Positions 1 through 9,123 of a stretch of DNA of 24,819 nt are shown here, one piece after another. The first letter of the stretch is position 1. Each line of letters starts with the position of its first letter. Source of the stretch: a virus (taxonomy: Duplodnaviria; Caudoviricetes); the IMG/VR virus record IMGVR_UViG_3300020413_000077, positions 1 to 24,819 of that record. The stretch is one strand, 5' to 3'. The notes beneath the pieces were generated by a model. That model did no database searches. It had not been told where the DNA came from and saw only the letters and a list, made by a program, of their open reading frames with translations. Position numbers and translations under genes: made by a program.

Positions 1-254
1 GGCCAAGTGATGTTATCTGGGTCTGACTGAGTAGGTACATCTCTGAGTGCTTGACGATATGTCTTCCAAGCATCAGACATTGTAAGATCACTAACAGCTC
101 TCCAGTCTGTTGCAGCTAGTTTTGCGTTTCTTTGTATTCTTATGTTGACCCATTTGTCTGCAAGTACTTCTGCATCTGTAGGTAGAGACGCATTAAACTC
201 TGCAATCTCCTCATCTGTCATGGCGACTATTACGCCATTTACCATTTTGTTCAT
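1..254 (-). CDS. Tail fibre assembly chaperone-like protein, 3'-truncated by window edge (missed by ORF track)
   Basis: Manual translation from ATG at 254 (TAATG overlap with upstream stop): MNKMVNGVIVAMTDEEIAEFNASLPTDAEVLADKWVNIRIQRNAKLAATDWRAVSDLTMSDAWKTYRQALRDVPTQSDPDNITW(P). RxxRNxxLxxTDW...WxxYRQALRDxP...WP is the typical phage tail assembly chaperone signature; located after fibre genes. Confidence 0.85.
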   Translation of the reverse strand, partial: MNKMVNGVIVAMTDEEIAEFNASLPTDAEVLADKWVNIRIQRNAKLAATDWRAVSDLTMSDAWKTYRQALRDVPTQSDPDNITW

Positions 255-1102
255 TAGCTTTCTTTAAATTTATAAAATAAGATTTGTGTTGTAGGCAAAA
301 TTGTATGTCCTGAATACACTCTAAAATTCATTGTTACTGCTGTAGCTGTGTTAGCTGCATAATTAAAAACTTCCCATGCACCATTAGTTCGTCCGGGACA
401 CAATCCCCTTCCATACAACCAAGGTCTCGAAACATTTGAAAAGAGCATTTCAAAAGCATATGTATAAGGGTCATAAGTTTCGTTATATAAACTTAATTGG
501 TAAGTGTTTTGGGACTGCGAATAATTTCTATAGTAATGATTAAATCGGTTATAGTGTTGAGAACCGTTAGCATCAATCATTTCTATTGCTGGACCCCCAT
601 AACCTGTTACATTTGTACAAAAGTTTTTAGCAACAATCCAATACATACCTTCAGATATTGTCTGTTGTACATTTACTACTGGTGTAGATATAGTTAATTT
701 TGCCTCTAATGTAAGTGCAGCATCACTTGCTGTAAAACTTGATGGAAATCTAGCAGCTGGTATAGTACCAGATGTTAAATTACTAGCATTTAAATTAGTA
801 GTATCAGGCATACTTGGTGTAGCATACTCTAATTGACCTACTTGAGTAGAGCCACTACCAGTTACACTTTTTACTTTTAAAAACTTATCAGTTGTTATTG
901 CATTATCAGGTAATACTAAGGTGTAAGACTGACCAGCACTATGAGGTGGAGATTTTATTTTTACTTGACTATTTGACCCAGAAGTAAGCTGTAAAGTTCC
1001 ATCTGCACCACCAGCTCCTTTTACTTCAACAACTCCTGTACCATTAGGTGTTAACTTTAAATTTTCGTCACTTTCTAAAGTATTGACTTTTATTTTAGAC
1101 AT
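254..1102 (-). CDS. Tail fibre-related/putative receptor-binding protein, paralog 3 (282 aa)
   Basis: N-terminal module MSKIKV..LTPNGTG..GTLQL..VKIKSP..SYTLVLP..FLKV..LNASNLTSGTIPAARFP shared with the two neighbours and the distal fibre; divergent aromatic-rich C-domain ending FYKFKES. Confidence 0.75.
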   Translation of the reverse strand: MSKIKVNTLESDENLKLTPNGTGVVEVKGAGGADGTLQLTSGSNSQVKIKSPPHSAGQSYTLVLPDNAITTDKFLKVKSVTGSGSTQVGQLEYATPSMPDTTNLNASNLTSGTIPAARFPSSFTASDAALTLEAKLTISTPVVNVQQTISEGMYWIVAKNFCTNVTGYGGPAIEMIDANGSQHYNRFNHYYRNYSQSQNTYQLSLYNETYDPYTYAFEMLFSNVSRPWLYGRGLCPGRTNGAWEVFNYAANTATAVTMNFRVYSGHTILPTTQILFYKFKES

Positions 1103-1996
1103 TTATCCCTCGTTGTATTTGTACAGCATGAATTGAGATCCAGCTTTTAAGTAATTACCATTATTTTCATAGATTTTTATACCATGTATCATTTTTGTAT
1201 CCCCATTTGTTCCATATTGATAATCAGTCCATCCAATATAAGAACTGTGTCTGTCCCTCGCCATTGCTCTACAAAACATCCAAGCACGTTGAGTTCGCTG
1301 TGAAGTTGCATTTGGATCGCCTGTACAAATAGTTGCTTCAAAACCAAGATGTAGATAACTATCACCAACATAGAGGTTACTAAAATTCATACCATTAGAA
1401 GCATCATATGTATCACTATTACCATACTGAAATGAGTAAAGAAGATTAGTTTGTGAGTTACCAGTACTATTTAAAAAGTCTATATATATCTTATTAGTAG
1501 TTTGTAGCTCTACATTTTTACAAATGATTTTATACATACTATGTGCGGCTAAATTATTATAAGTTACATTAAAAACATCAGCACTAAGAACAGTATTTTC
1601 TATTAGCTGTAATCCACCACCTAAACCTGCTGTATTGTATCGACTAGCTGGCATAGTACCGCTAACTACTTCACTAGCATTTATTTGGTTTGCAATTACT
1701 GGTGCTATTGCTTGATAACCTAATTGTCCTACTGCTGTAGATCCACTTCCTGTTATGCTGTCTACATGAAGATATTGATCTTGCGTAGGGCTACTTGTAG
1801 GTAAAGTTAATGTATAAGACTGCCCAGAAGAATTACTTGGTGCTTTAAGTTTTACACCATTTCCACTAGCATTAGTTAATTGAAGTGTACCTGAAGAGTC
1901 ACCGCCTACATTTAAAACACCACTTCCGTTAGGTACAACTTTTAGATTACCGTTAGTTGTTACGGGTTCTATTTCCTTTACGTTTATTTTTGACAT
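1103..1996 (-). CDS. Tail fibre-related/putative receptor-binding protein, paralog 2 (297 aa)
   Basis: Same N-terminal module (MSKINV..VPNGSG..GTLQL..VKLKAP..SYTLTLP..INASEVVSGTMPASRY); ends LYKYNEG. Confidence 0.75.
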   Translation of the reverse strand: MSKINVKEIEPVTTNGNLKVVPNGSGVLNVGGDSSGTLQLTNASGNGVKLKAPSNSSGQSYTLTLPTSSPTQDQYLHVDSITGSGSTAVGQLGYQAIAPVIANQINASEVVSGTMPASRYNTAGLGGGLQLIENTVLSADVFNVTYNNLAAHSMYKIICKNVELQTTNKIYIDFLNSTGNSQTNLLYSFQYGNSDTYDASNGMNFSNLYVGDSYLHLGFEATICTGDPNATSQRTQRAWMFCRAMARDRHSSYIGWTDYQYGTNGDTKMIHGIKIYENNGNYLKAGSQFMLYKYNEG

Positions 1997-2937
1997 TAGC
2001 TTTCGTTGAATTTATAAAGTAAGAATGTGGTATTTGCTTCAAAAAATATATTGCCAGCAGAATAACTATGATTATGTGGAGTAATCCTTAATTTGCTTGG
2101 TACAGTTGCATCATTAAAATGAGCAAACACTTCGGTTTTTCCATAGTAATTACCGCCAGCTTTTCCGTTGACATACAACCAAGTTCTAGATTGGGTTCTA
2201 CTATCATTATTGTATGTAACACCGCTTCCAGTAACTAATTCTCCTACGAAATAATGGTGAAGCTGATATTGATTTTGTCCAGAAAAGTATAGTTCAATAT
2301 TTCCATTACCACTTGTTTCACTTCGGCTGTCGGTATAATACCAGTTATCAACCATTAGGTTAGTACTAAGTATATTTGAACTACTATCTAGATAATGCAT
2401 TTTTGGATAGGCTGATACACTAACACCATTTGAAAGAGTGTATCCAATACCTTTACCTATAATGTGATATGCACTGTCGCCATCAAGATCAAAATCTACC
2501 GCACTTATACTTCCACCACTTGATACTGTAGTTTTGTTGACTAATTGTAATCCTAAACCTCCAGATGCTGGTAAAGCCGGCATTCGAGCTGGCGGAACAG
2601 TACCAGATGTAAACCCACTTGCATCTAAATTTACAAGAACTGATGCTGCTGTTGGAGTAACACCAAATTCTAATTCACCTTCATTACCAGTTACACTTTT
2701 TACTTTTAAAAATGTATTTGCTGCTATTTGATTTTCTGGTAACTTTGCAGTCCAATCCAAACTTGTTCCCGGAGCTTTTAACTTAACACCATGACTTTGA
2801 GCACTGCAATTAAGTTGTAAAGTACCATCATTAGTATCACCTTTAATTTCTAAAGATCCTGTAGACCCACCATGTTTTACTTCTAGATTTTGATTGGTAC
2901 TTGTTGTTTCTATTTCATCGACTTTTAATTTAGTCAT
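1996..2937 (-). CDS. Tail fibre-related/putative receptor-binding protein, paralog 1 (313 aa)
   Basis: Same module (MTKLKV..GTLQLNCSAQSHGVKLKAP..FLKVKSVTG..LDASGFTSGTVPPARMP); ends LYKFNES. Confidence 0.75.
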   Translation of the reverse strand: MTKLKVDEIETTSTNQNLEVKHGGSTGSLEIKGDTNDGTLQLNCSAQSHGVKLKAPGTSLDWTAKLPENQIAANTFLKVKSVTGNEGELEFGVTPTAASVLVNLDASGFTSGTVPPARMPALPASGGLGLQLVNKTTVSSGGSISAVDFDLDGDSAYHIIGKGIGYTLSNGVSVSAYPKMHYLDSSSNILSTNLMVDNWYYTDSRSETSGNGNIELYFSGQNQYQLHHYFVGELVTGSGVTYNNDSRTQSRTWLYVNGKAGGNYYGKTEVFAHFNDATVPSKLRITPHNHSYSAGNIFFEANTTFLLYKFNES

Positions 2938-2948
2938 AATTCAAATGT

Positions 2949-3152
2949 TTATAAAAAATTTATAGAGGAATTATTTGTTACAGTTAAGGTAGTACCAGAT
3001 GCAATAGTCACTGGACTTATGCCAAGGTAATTATCGTCTGCCGTTGTTGTAAAGTTATTAGTAATTTCGTTATCTGCCTCTAAAAATAACTGTTCACCAC
3101 CGGAGCCTGTTAACTCTGTTAAACTAAACAAATAGAGTAATTTAGGTAACAT
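2949..3152 (-). CDS. Small protein (67 aa) paralogous to the tail fibre C-terminal tip
   Basis: Likely start MLPKLL at 3152, 4 nt after the fibre stop; LTGSGGEQLFLEADN..FTT..NYL..PVTI..TLTVT..SSINFL aligns with fibre end LTGGGNDELFIESDN..FTT..NYL..PLTI..TLTVT..SNISFV. Confidence 0.7.
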   Translation of the reverse strand: MLPKLLYLFSLTELTGSGGEQLFLEADNEITNNFTTTADDNYLGISPVTIASGTTLTVTNNSSINFL

Positions 3153-3156
3153 AGCT

Positions 3157-5352
3157 CTAAACTGATACAAATGATATATTGCTTCCGCTTGTCACAGTTA
3201 ATGTGGCATTAATTGTTAACGGAAGAAGATTCAGATAATTTTTATTTGTTCCTGTTGTAAAGTCTGTACCCATTACATTATCTGACTCTATAAATAGTTC
3301 GTCATTACCTCCACCAGTTAAACCTCCTGTTGATGGAAGGTTAGTTAAATTAGCTCCACTTATAGCGGGTAAAGTCGTTGGGAATCTAGCATCAGGTATA
3401 GTTCCGGATGTTAAATTAGTTGCACTTAAAGAGGTTAAATCTATAGTGTCAAAACTTAGTACGCCATTTCCATCGGTTTTTAAAAATTGGTTAGCAGTAC
3501 CATCTACTGGCAAAACAAAGTGAGTAGCCGTATTAATATTATTTGGTGCTTTTAATGAAACACTACCACCATAATTAGTAAATTTTAATTCATTAGTATT
3601 AGGTTCCCATGACAACCAATTATTGGTTGTGCCATAGAAATAAGTTCTTCCACCACCTTGTATTTGTATATCTGAACTAGTAGCTGTTTGTAGTGTTAAG
3701 TTGCCACTACCGCCGGGATCTATTGTTATGTTTTGACCAAGTGCCGACTCTATGCGATTGTCAGCACCATCATGAAAAATAGATAAATCACTATGAGTTC
3801 CAAAATTAGCCTTTACACCATCGCCGTAAATATTGTCACCAGTAAATGTATTACCAGTTGTAGTTGCAAAGTTACCACTAGCTGTTACACCACCTTGCCA
3901 TGTACCACCGTTATAAACTTTAAGTTCGTCTGAAGTAGTATTAAAGTATAAATCACCTTCTTGTAAACTTGAACTGTCAGCTCTCGCTGATGGATCACTA
4001 GAAGCAATCTGATATGTGTCACCAAAAGCATTAATGTCAGTTAAATTAGTTGCAACTGTATTAACGTTTGCTATAGAACCGCCAACATTATTTACATTAG
4101 TTATGCTTCCAGCAACTGTATTAATATTGGATGAGTTAGTATTAACTGCATTTACATTGGCTATATTATTTCCAACATTTGCCATAGCTGTTGCGTTACT
4201 AGCAACTGTAGTTACCTCTGTAGCTTTAGGTACTAATCTATGAAAAGTATATGTATGTAATGTACTGGTAGATTCTACTAAGAATCCAAAGCCTTGAGCG
4301 ATTGTACTAGGTACACCAGTAATCGTAATATTTGCATTATTAGCTAAGTTACCATTAGATATAGTAACTGTCGTTCCACTAGGTACTAAATCTGTAGTTG
4401 CTGCTTTAATACTTAAAACAGCTGCCTGTCCTGTTGTACCTCCAGGATTTGTATCAGGAAAACTTTGTTCATCGTTGACAATATCGAAACCACCAACTTC
4501 ATCAACTAAGTCAATAATACGTGCATCAATTGCAGCTGTTGTAGCTACATAAGTATCACTTGCAGACCAAGTTTGTCCACTAGCTATAGTTTCACTACTA
4601 TCTTGTCTAAAATATAAAGGGTCAAGAGCACCAGCATCTAGCTCGGTCTCGGTATAGTATCTGGTATCTAATTGACCAGCATCTAATTCAGTTTCAGTAT
4701 AATATCTAGTATCAGCTGCACCGTTTGCTATTTCTGTTTCAGTAAAATATCTATTATCTAAAGCTCCACTAGCTATATGTGCAGTTTGGATACTTCCATC
4801 AACATAGTGTTGTGAGTTGATTGCATCATTAGCAATCATTCCTCCAGTAACTGTTCCTGTGTCACCTGTAGTAAGCAAAGTTCCAGTAGCATCAGGTAAT
4901 GTAATAGTCCTATCAGCTGTTGGATCAGCTACGGTTAATTTTGTTTCGTTTGCATCATCTGTTGCACCTTCAAAAATAATGTCGGCATCTTCTCCTATTT
5001 GGAGATCACCAACCATGGTTCCTCCAAGGTTACTCAGATATCTTGCGTTTACTTCTTGTGTTGAATATAAGTTTTGAGTGAAGTTATCGTTTAAATCAGA
5101 TGACCTGATTGCTGAACCCGCATAAAAGGTTGCATTTAAATCTGAGTCATCTGTTACACGAAATATTTTTATCTTAGCTCCATTGGCTGGTGCAGTATTA
5201 AATTGTATTGTGGTGGCATTAGCTAATGTAAATGCAGTTGTTTCGGTGGCATCAATTGAACATTTAACATCAGCTGTCTGTAAATATGGAAATGTAAATG
5301 AATAGTTCGTTGTAGAACCATTCCCTAAGTATGAAGTTTGTGTGACAGCCAT
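3157..5352 (-). CDS. Tail fibre protein (T7 gp17-like, 731 aa)
   Basis: N-terminal T7-fibre adapter (YLGNGSTTNYSFTFPYL..APANG..IFRVT..FYAGSAIRSSDLNDNFTQNLYSTQE); Thr/Gly/Asn-rich repeats; follows gp16-like gene. Confidence 0.92.
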   Translation of the reverse strand: MAVTQTSYLGNGSTTNYSFTFPYLQTADVKCSIDATETTAFTLANATTIQFNTAPANGAKIKIFRVTDDSDLNATFYAGSAIRSSDLNDNFTQNLYSTQEVNARYLSNLGGTMVGDLQIGEDADIIFEGATDDANETKLTVADPTADRTITLPDATGTLLTTGDTGTVTGGMIANDAINSQHYVDGSIQTAHIASGALDNRYFTETEIANGAADTRYYTETELDAGQLDTRYYTETELDAGALDPLYFRQDSSETIASGQTWSASDTYVATTAAIDARIIDLVDEVGGFDIVNDEQSFPDTNPGGTTGQAAVLSIKAATTDLVPSGTTVTISNGNLANNANITITGVPSTIAQGFGFLVESTSTLHTYTFHRLVPKATEVTTVASNATAMANVGNNIANVNAVNTNSSNINTVAGSITNVNNVGGSIANVNTVATNLTDINAFGDTYQIASSDPSARADSSSLQEGDLYFNTTSDELKVYNGGTWQGGVTASGNFATTTGNTFTGDNIYGDGVKANFGTHSDLSIFHDGADNRIESALGQNITIDPGGSGNLTLQTATSSDIQIQGGGRTYFYGTTNNWLSWEPNTNELKFTNYGGSVSLKAPNNINTATHFVLPVDGTANQFLKTDGNGVLSFDTIDLTSLSATNLTSGTIPDARFPTTLPAISGANLTNLPSTGGLTGGGNDELFIESDNVMGTDFTTGTNKNYLNLLPLTINATLTVTSGSNISFVSV
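4030..4215 (-). repeat. Approx. 10-aa Asn/Val-rich repeats in fibre shaft
   Basis: VTTVASNATAMANVGNNIANVNAVNTNSSNINTVAGSITNVNNVGGSIANVNTVATNLTDI. Confidence 0.65.
4610..4765 (-). repeat. 14-aa (42-bp) tandem repeats in fibre
   Basis: LDNRYFTETEIANG / AADTRYYTETELDAG / QLDTRYYTETELDAG / ALDPLYF. Confidence 0.8.
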
Positions 5353-5365
5353 TGTTCATGGATAA

Positions 5366-8300
5366 TTAGTTTTGCAATAAGTTTCTTATTTGTGTCTCCT
5401 TAACATTTCTATTGGTGGTTTGATTTAATATTTTTCTTGCTTCTAGATCTCGTTTTATCTTTTCTTGTATTAGTTTTCTAACCTCTGGATGAGTTTGTAT
5501 TTTTGCAAAGGCATTTTTTCTGGCTTTATCAAATAAATTTTTAATCATTTTGTTGTGATGATACGCCTTCATAGGATCTATATGCCTTTTATTAGCTCTT
5601 AGATCAGCATTCATTTGTTGAACTGATAAAATAATCTTTTTATTTTTAGATAATTTATCTAGTTGCCTCTCTAAGTTTTCCTCACCTATTGCTTTTTGGA
5701 ACATTGATCTAACATTTGGTGTTTTACTAAAGTCAATGCCATCATATGAATATGTAGAAGATCTTATATCGTAGTTACTATCAAATAAAAGTTTTCTGCC
5801 TGGACCTTGATCTAAATTAAACTGAACAGGACTAACTGCATTAAACATACGAGTTGGAAAATCCCAGTCACGTATAGGTTTACCATTTAACATGTCATAT
5901 TTAGTAGACAATGCCATGTCAGTCATTTCAGTTGGGAACCATAAGTTTCTATTTCGTATTGAGTCACCTATTCCAGAATTAATTTCTTTCATATAAGGAT
6001 TAATCAACTTACCTAATTCGTTCCTTGCAGAAGACATAGGTATTTGGTTATTAATTAATCCAGCTAAAATTCTTTGTACTCCGCCTTGTTGTCCAGCAAA
6101 TAAATCAACAAACTGCTGTAGTCCAGCTATATATGATTTACTTGTTAAACCTTGTGCTACTACAACACCTATTCTTTGTAACTGATTTTCACTCCATTCT
6201 GGACCCATTAAGTGCATAGCATCCCCAACATCTGCGATGCTAGAAAGTATTAAATTAAATGGTTCAAAAGAATCATAACTAACCCAAGTACCACCTATTT
6301 TTATACTTCTAGGTTTCCAACCAGCATCAATCCAAACTTGTCTTTTTCTTCTATCAGCTGGTCCATTACCTGTAAGATTTCCATTCATAAAATGAACACC
6401 AGCCATCATCATTATTCCAGAACCAATAGCCACTCTGCCCTTTATTAGTGCTTGGGCGTTAGCAAGTTCATCAGCATTAGTAATTCCATAGTGCCTTACA
6501 CCTTCGAAGTTATCAGCAGTAGCTTTAAGAATGTCTTTATTTTCTTTAAGTAATCTATTAAATATTGGTAAATGTTTTGCTGTAAGTTCTAGACCATTAA
6601 CTCCAGTTCTTGCAAATAAAAAGAATGGTTTAGCCCAAGGAGTACTATCAAATACAGCATCAAGTTTTTTAGCAAAACCATTTAGATCAGTAGTTAATGT
6701 AACTTCTTTTTTTGCAAATAAAGCAGCATCATCTGTTATGTTTCCGTCAGCATCCATTATCTGACCATAAAATCTATTTTCGTATTCCTTTAATAACTGT
6801 GGAGTTATTTCAGTAACCTTACCGGAACTTTGTAAATCCATTGCTTCACGCATGGCTTTTTCTTTACCTTTAGCTCTAGCCATAAGTAATCCAAAAGCGT
6901 CATCCGTTGCACCCATTATTTTTGTAGAATAGGTAAAAAAGTTACTGTCGTTCATTGCTCTTACCGCATTAGCAATATTAAATACTGTTTTATCTCCAAA
7001 GGTCGCTTTTCCACTATTTTCTATCCAGTCAGTATATAAATTCCATTGCTCATCACCTTTTGTTATGACGTTATATCTAGATTGAATTGTTGCAACATCT
7101 CCAGACCAGTAAGCATTTAAATTTTTTTTAAATAATGTATAAGCTTCTGGAATAGATTCAACCATTGCACTAAAACCAGCCATAGCAGCTCTACGAGTTG
7201 CACCATCTCCTCTAAGTCCAGCACCTAATGCTGTAGACAATGGACGTAAAAACGCAGCAGTTCCAGTACCCATCATTGCTCTCATTGGAGTTTTAGGACC
7301 ACTAAGAACACTATTTGAATATACTTTTTGTAACCCTCTTACTAATAAACCGTTTTGTGTACCGCCTTTTTTAAACTCACCACCTAAAACTTTTTTCCTA
7401 ATGTAATTATCGTAGTCAGTTAAGTTATGAATCTCACCTGACATTGATATAGTTTCGTGGATAGCTCTAAATAAATCATCGTTAGGTGAATCACCAGCAA
7501 TTTTCATTGCTAGTGAATGAGCATTAACAGACTCATTTACTTGTTCATTAACAGCATCAATAATTGCTCTTCTACTTTCTTTTTGTTTTAAAGGTCGAGC
7601 ACCTAATTTTCTAAAAGAATTAGATTGAGTCATTTTAGAAAGTTTAATATGAGTTAAACCCGCAATTATTTTGTCATGCATTGCTTTAGCTGGACCGTCT
7701 ACATCTGCCAAATCAGCTATGTTGTATAACTCTCTATTAGCTATTCCCTGATCTCTAATTTCTTTTAATAAAGAACCAATTACTAAATCAGCAGCGACAA
7801 TTTGATTAGAGTCCCAAATATCAATACCTTGTAATCTTGCATTTTTTTCTAATGATGACCAAAATTGTTGAGGTGTTAAATCACTTACATTTCTACCTTC
7901 ATATATCTTTTGTGCTGTGATTATTGCATCTTCCCATATTTCACTTAAAGGTATATCTTGTGCCTTAGCATAAGCTACTTCTTGTTGAACTCTGGCATCA
8001 CTCATAAAGTTACGCATAACTCCAATAAGCTGCTCTTCTGCTAATCCACTAGATATAGCTGTACGTTCTAATTGAACAGGTGTATATAAAGAATCTGTAG
8101 ATCCATGTTCAGCCCCATATTCTGTTTTAATTCTTCTTAATTGTCTTCTGACATCATATGGAGAACCATTAGAAGTAGGGGCTGCTTGCCATTTGTTAGC
8201 TAGTGGTTTGTTTTTATACGCACCAAATTCTGGACTAGCTAATTGATCTTGAGCTTTTTCAAAAATCTGTCCTCTACGGCTTTCTGCTCGTAAAGCTATT

Positions 8301-9106
8301 TTTTCTACTTCTTCTGGAATAGCATCTTCGATAATTGGCTTCTTAGTTTTAGGGTCAATCCCTCTAACTTTTTTTACACCTTTACCAATAGCAAGACTTA
8401 AGCCATCAAATACCACACCAATTCCCATACCTTCTACAACATTTTTCAATGTCTTCATAGCTGGGTGATCAGTATCTTTTGTGGAAATAGGAGTATCAAT
8501 AAAGTTAAATCTATCTCTAAGAACTGCAAGACCATTGTCTTCTTGACTGTATTTAGATGTTAAATCTGAAGCAGCACCAATTGCAGCACCACGAACTAAT
8601 GAACTCCAACCAGCTGTTGCAGCTGCTATACCTGTAGCTTTTGCAGCGGGTACTATTGCAGCTGCCATTGATCCGAAATGAACCAGACCTCGTAAGGCTG
8701 ATCCCCACCATGTTTTTGTTTCTATGGGGTTTTCATCTTTAACAAACCAATCATCCCATTCTGCTTTGTAGCCTTCTTTAGTTTTACCTTCTTCAACCAT
8801 TTCACCACTGAACATATCAATGGCTCTTTCTGGAAGAGTGACAACAGAGGAAGCTGTATCTTGTAGTCCACCGCCAACGGCGGCTCCTATTTCTTTAGCT
8901 ACTCCAACAATGCCTCCTACGTTCTTTTCGTTACGAACATCTTTTAGTTCAGCTTGTGCTTGTACCTCTTCTTCTTCAGCTTGAGTTTGCTGTTCAGCTT
9001 CTTTCTGTCTTTTCTTTTTTTCTAATTCTCTGTATTGAGCATCTTGAGCAGCTGATTCAAGTAATGCATCTCTATCTACAGAGTTAGGATCATATCCTGA
9101 GTACAT
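5366..9106 (-). CDS. Internal virion (ejection) protein, T7 gp16-like (1246 aa)
   Basis: Size, position immediately before fibre, helical composition; motifs such as PFFLFARTGVNGL and GWKPRSIKIGGTWVSYDSFEPF resemble cyanopodovirus gp16. Confidence 0.8.
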   Translation of the reverse strand: MYSGYDPNSVDRDALLESAAQDAQYRELEKKKRQKEAEQQTQAEEEEVQAQAELKDVRNEKNVGGIVGVAKEIGAAVGGGLQDTASSVVTLPERAIDMFSGEMVEEGKTKEGYKAEWDDWFVKDENPIETKTWWGSALRGLVHFGSMAAAIVPAAKATGIAAATAGWSSLVRGAAIGAASDLTSKYSQEDNGLAVLRDRFNFIDTPISTKDTDHPAMKTLKNVVEGMGIGVVFDGLSLAIGKGVKKVRGIDPKTKKPIIEDAIPEEVEKIALRAESRRGQIFEKAQDQLASPEFGAYKNKPLANKWQAAPTSNGSPYDVRRQLRRIKTEYGAEHGSTDSLYTPVQLERTAISSGLAEEQLIGVMRNFMSDARVQQEVAYAKAQDIPLSEIWEDAIITAQKIYEGRNVSDLTPQQFWSSLEKNARLQGIDIWDSNQIVAADLVIGSLLKEIRDQGIANRELYNIADLADVDGPAKAMHDKIIAGLTHIKLSKMTQSNSFRKLGARPLKQKESRRAIIDAVNEQVNESVNAHSLAMKIAGDSPNDDLFRAIHETISMSGEIHNLTDYDNYIRKKVLGGEFKKGGTQNGLLVRGLQKVYSNSVLSGPKTPMRAMMGTGTAAFLRPLSTALGAGLRGDGATRRAAMAGFSAMVESIPEAYTLFKKNLNAYWSGDVATIQSRYNVITKGDEQWNLYTDWIENSGKATFGDKTVFNIANAVRAMNDSNFFTYSTKIMGATDDAFGLLMARAKGKEKAMREAMDLQSSGKVTEITPQLLKEYENRFYGQIMDADGNITDDAALFAKKEVTLTTDLNGFAKKLDAVFDSTPWAKPFFLFARTGVNGLELTAKHLPIFNRLLKENKDILKATADNFEGVRHYGITNADELANAQALIKGRVAIGSGIMMMAGVHFMNGNLTGNGPADRRKRQVWIDAGWKPRSIKIGGTWVSYDSFEPFNLILSSIADVGDAMHLMGPEWSENQLQRIGVVVAQGLTSKSYIAGLQQFVDLFAGQQGGVQRILAGLINNQIPMSSARNELGKLINPYMKEINSGIGDSIRNRNLWFPTEMTDMALSTKYDMLNGKPIRDWDFPTRMFNAVSPVQFNLDQGPGRKLLFDSNYDIRSSTYSYDGIDFSKTPNVRSMFQKAIGEENLERQLDKLSKNKKIILSVQQMNADLRANKRHIDPMKAYHHNKMIKNLFDKARKNAFAKIQTHPEVRKLIQEKIKRDLEARKILNQTTNRNVKETQIRNLLQN

Positions 9107-9123
9107 TCTATTACCTTAGTAAT

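Noticed and set aside
4610-4765. CRISPR-like periodic repeats
   Set aside because: In-frame, degenerate at third codon positions, no spacers: protein repeats
254-5352. Diversity-generating retroelement or invertible shufflon acting on fibre genes
   Set aside because: No reverse transcriptase or recombinase in the window, no adenine-specific TR/VR pair, and all copies are intact and co-oriented
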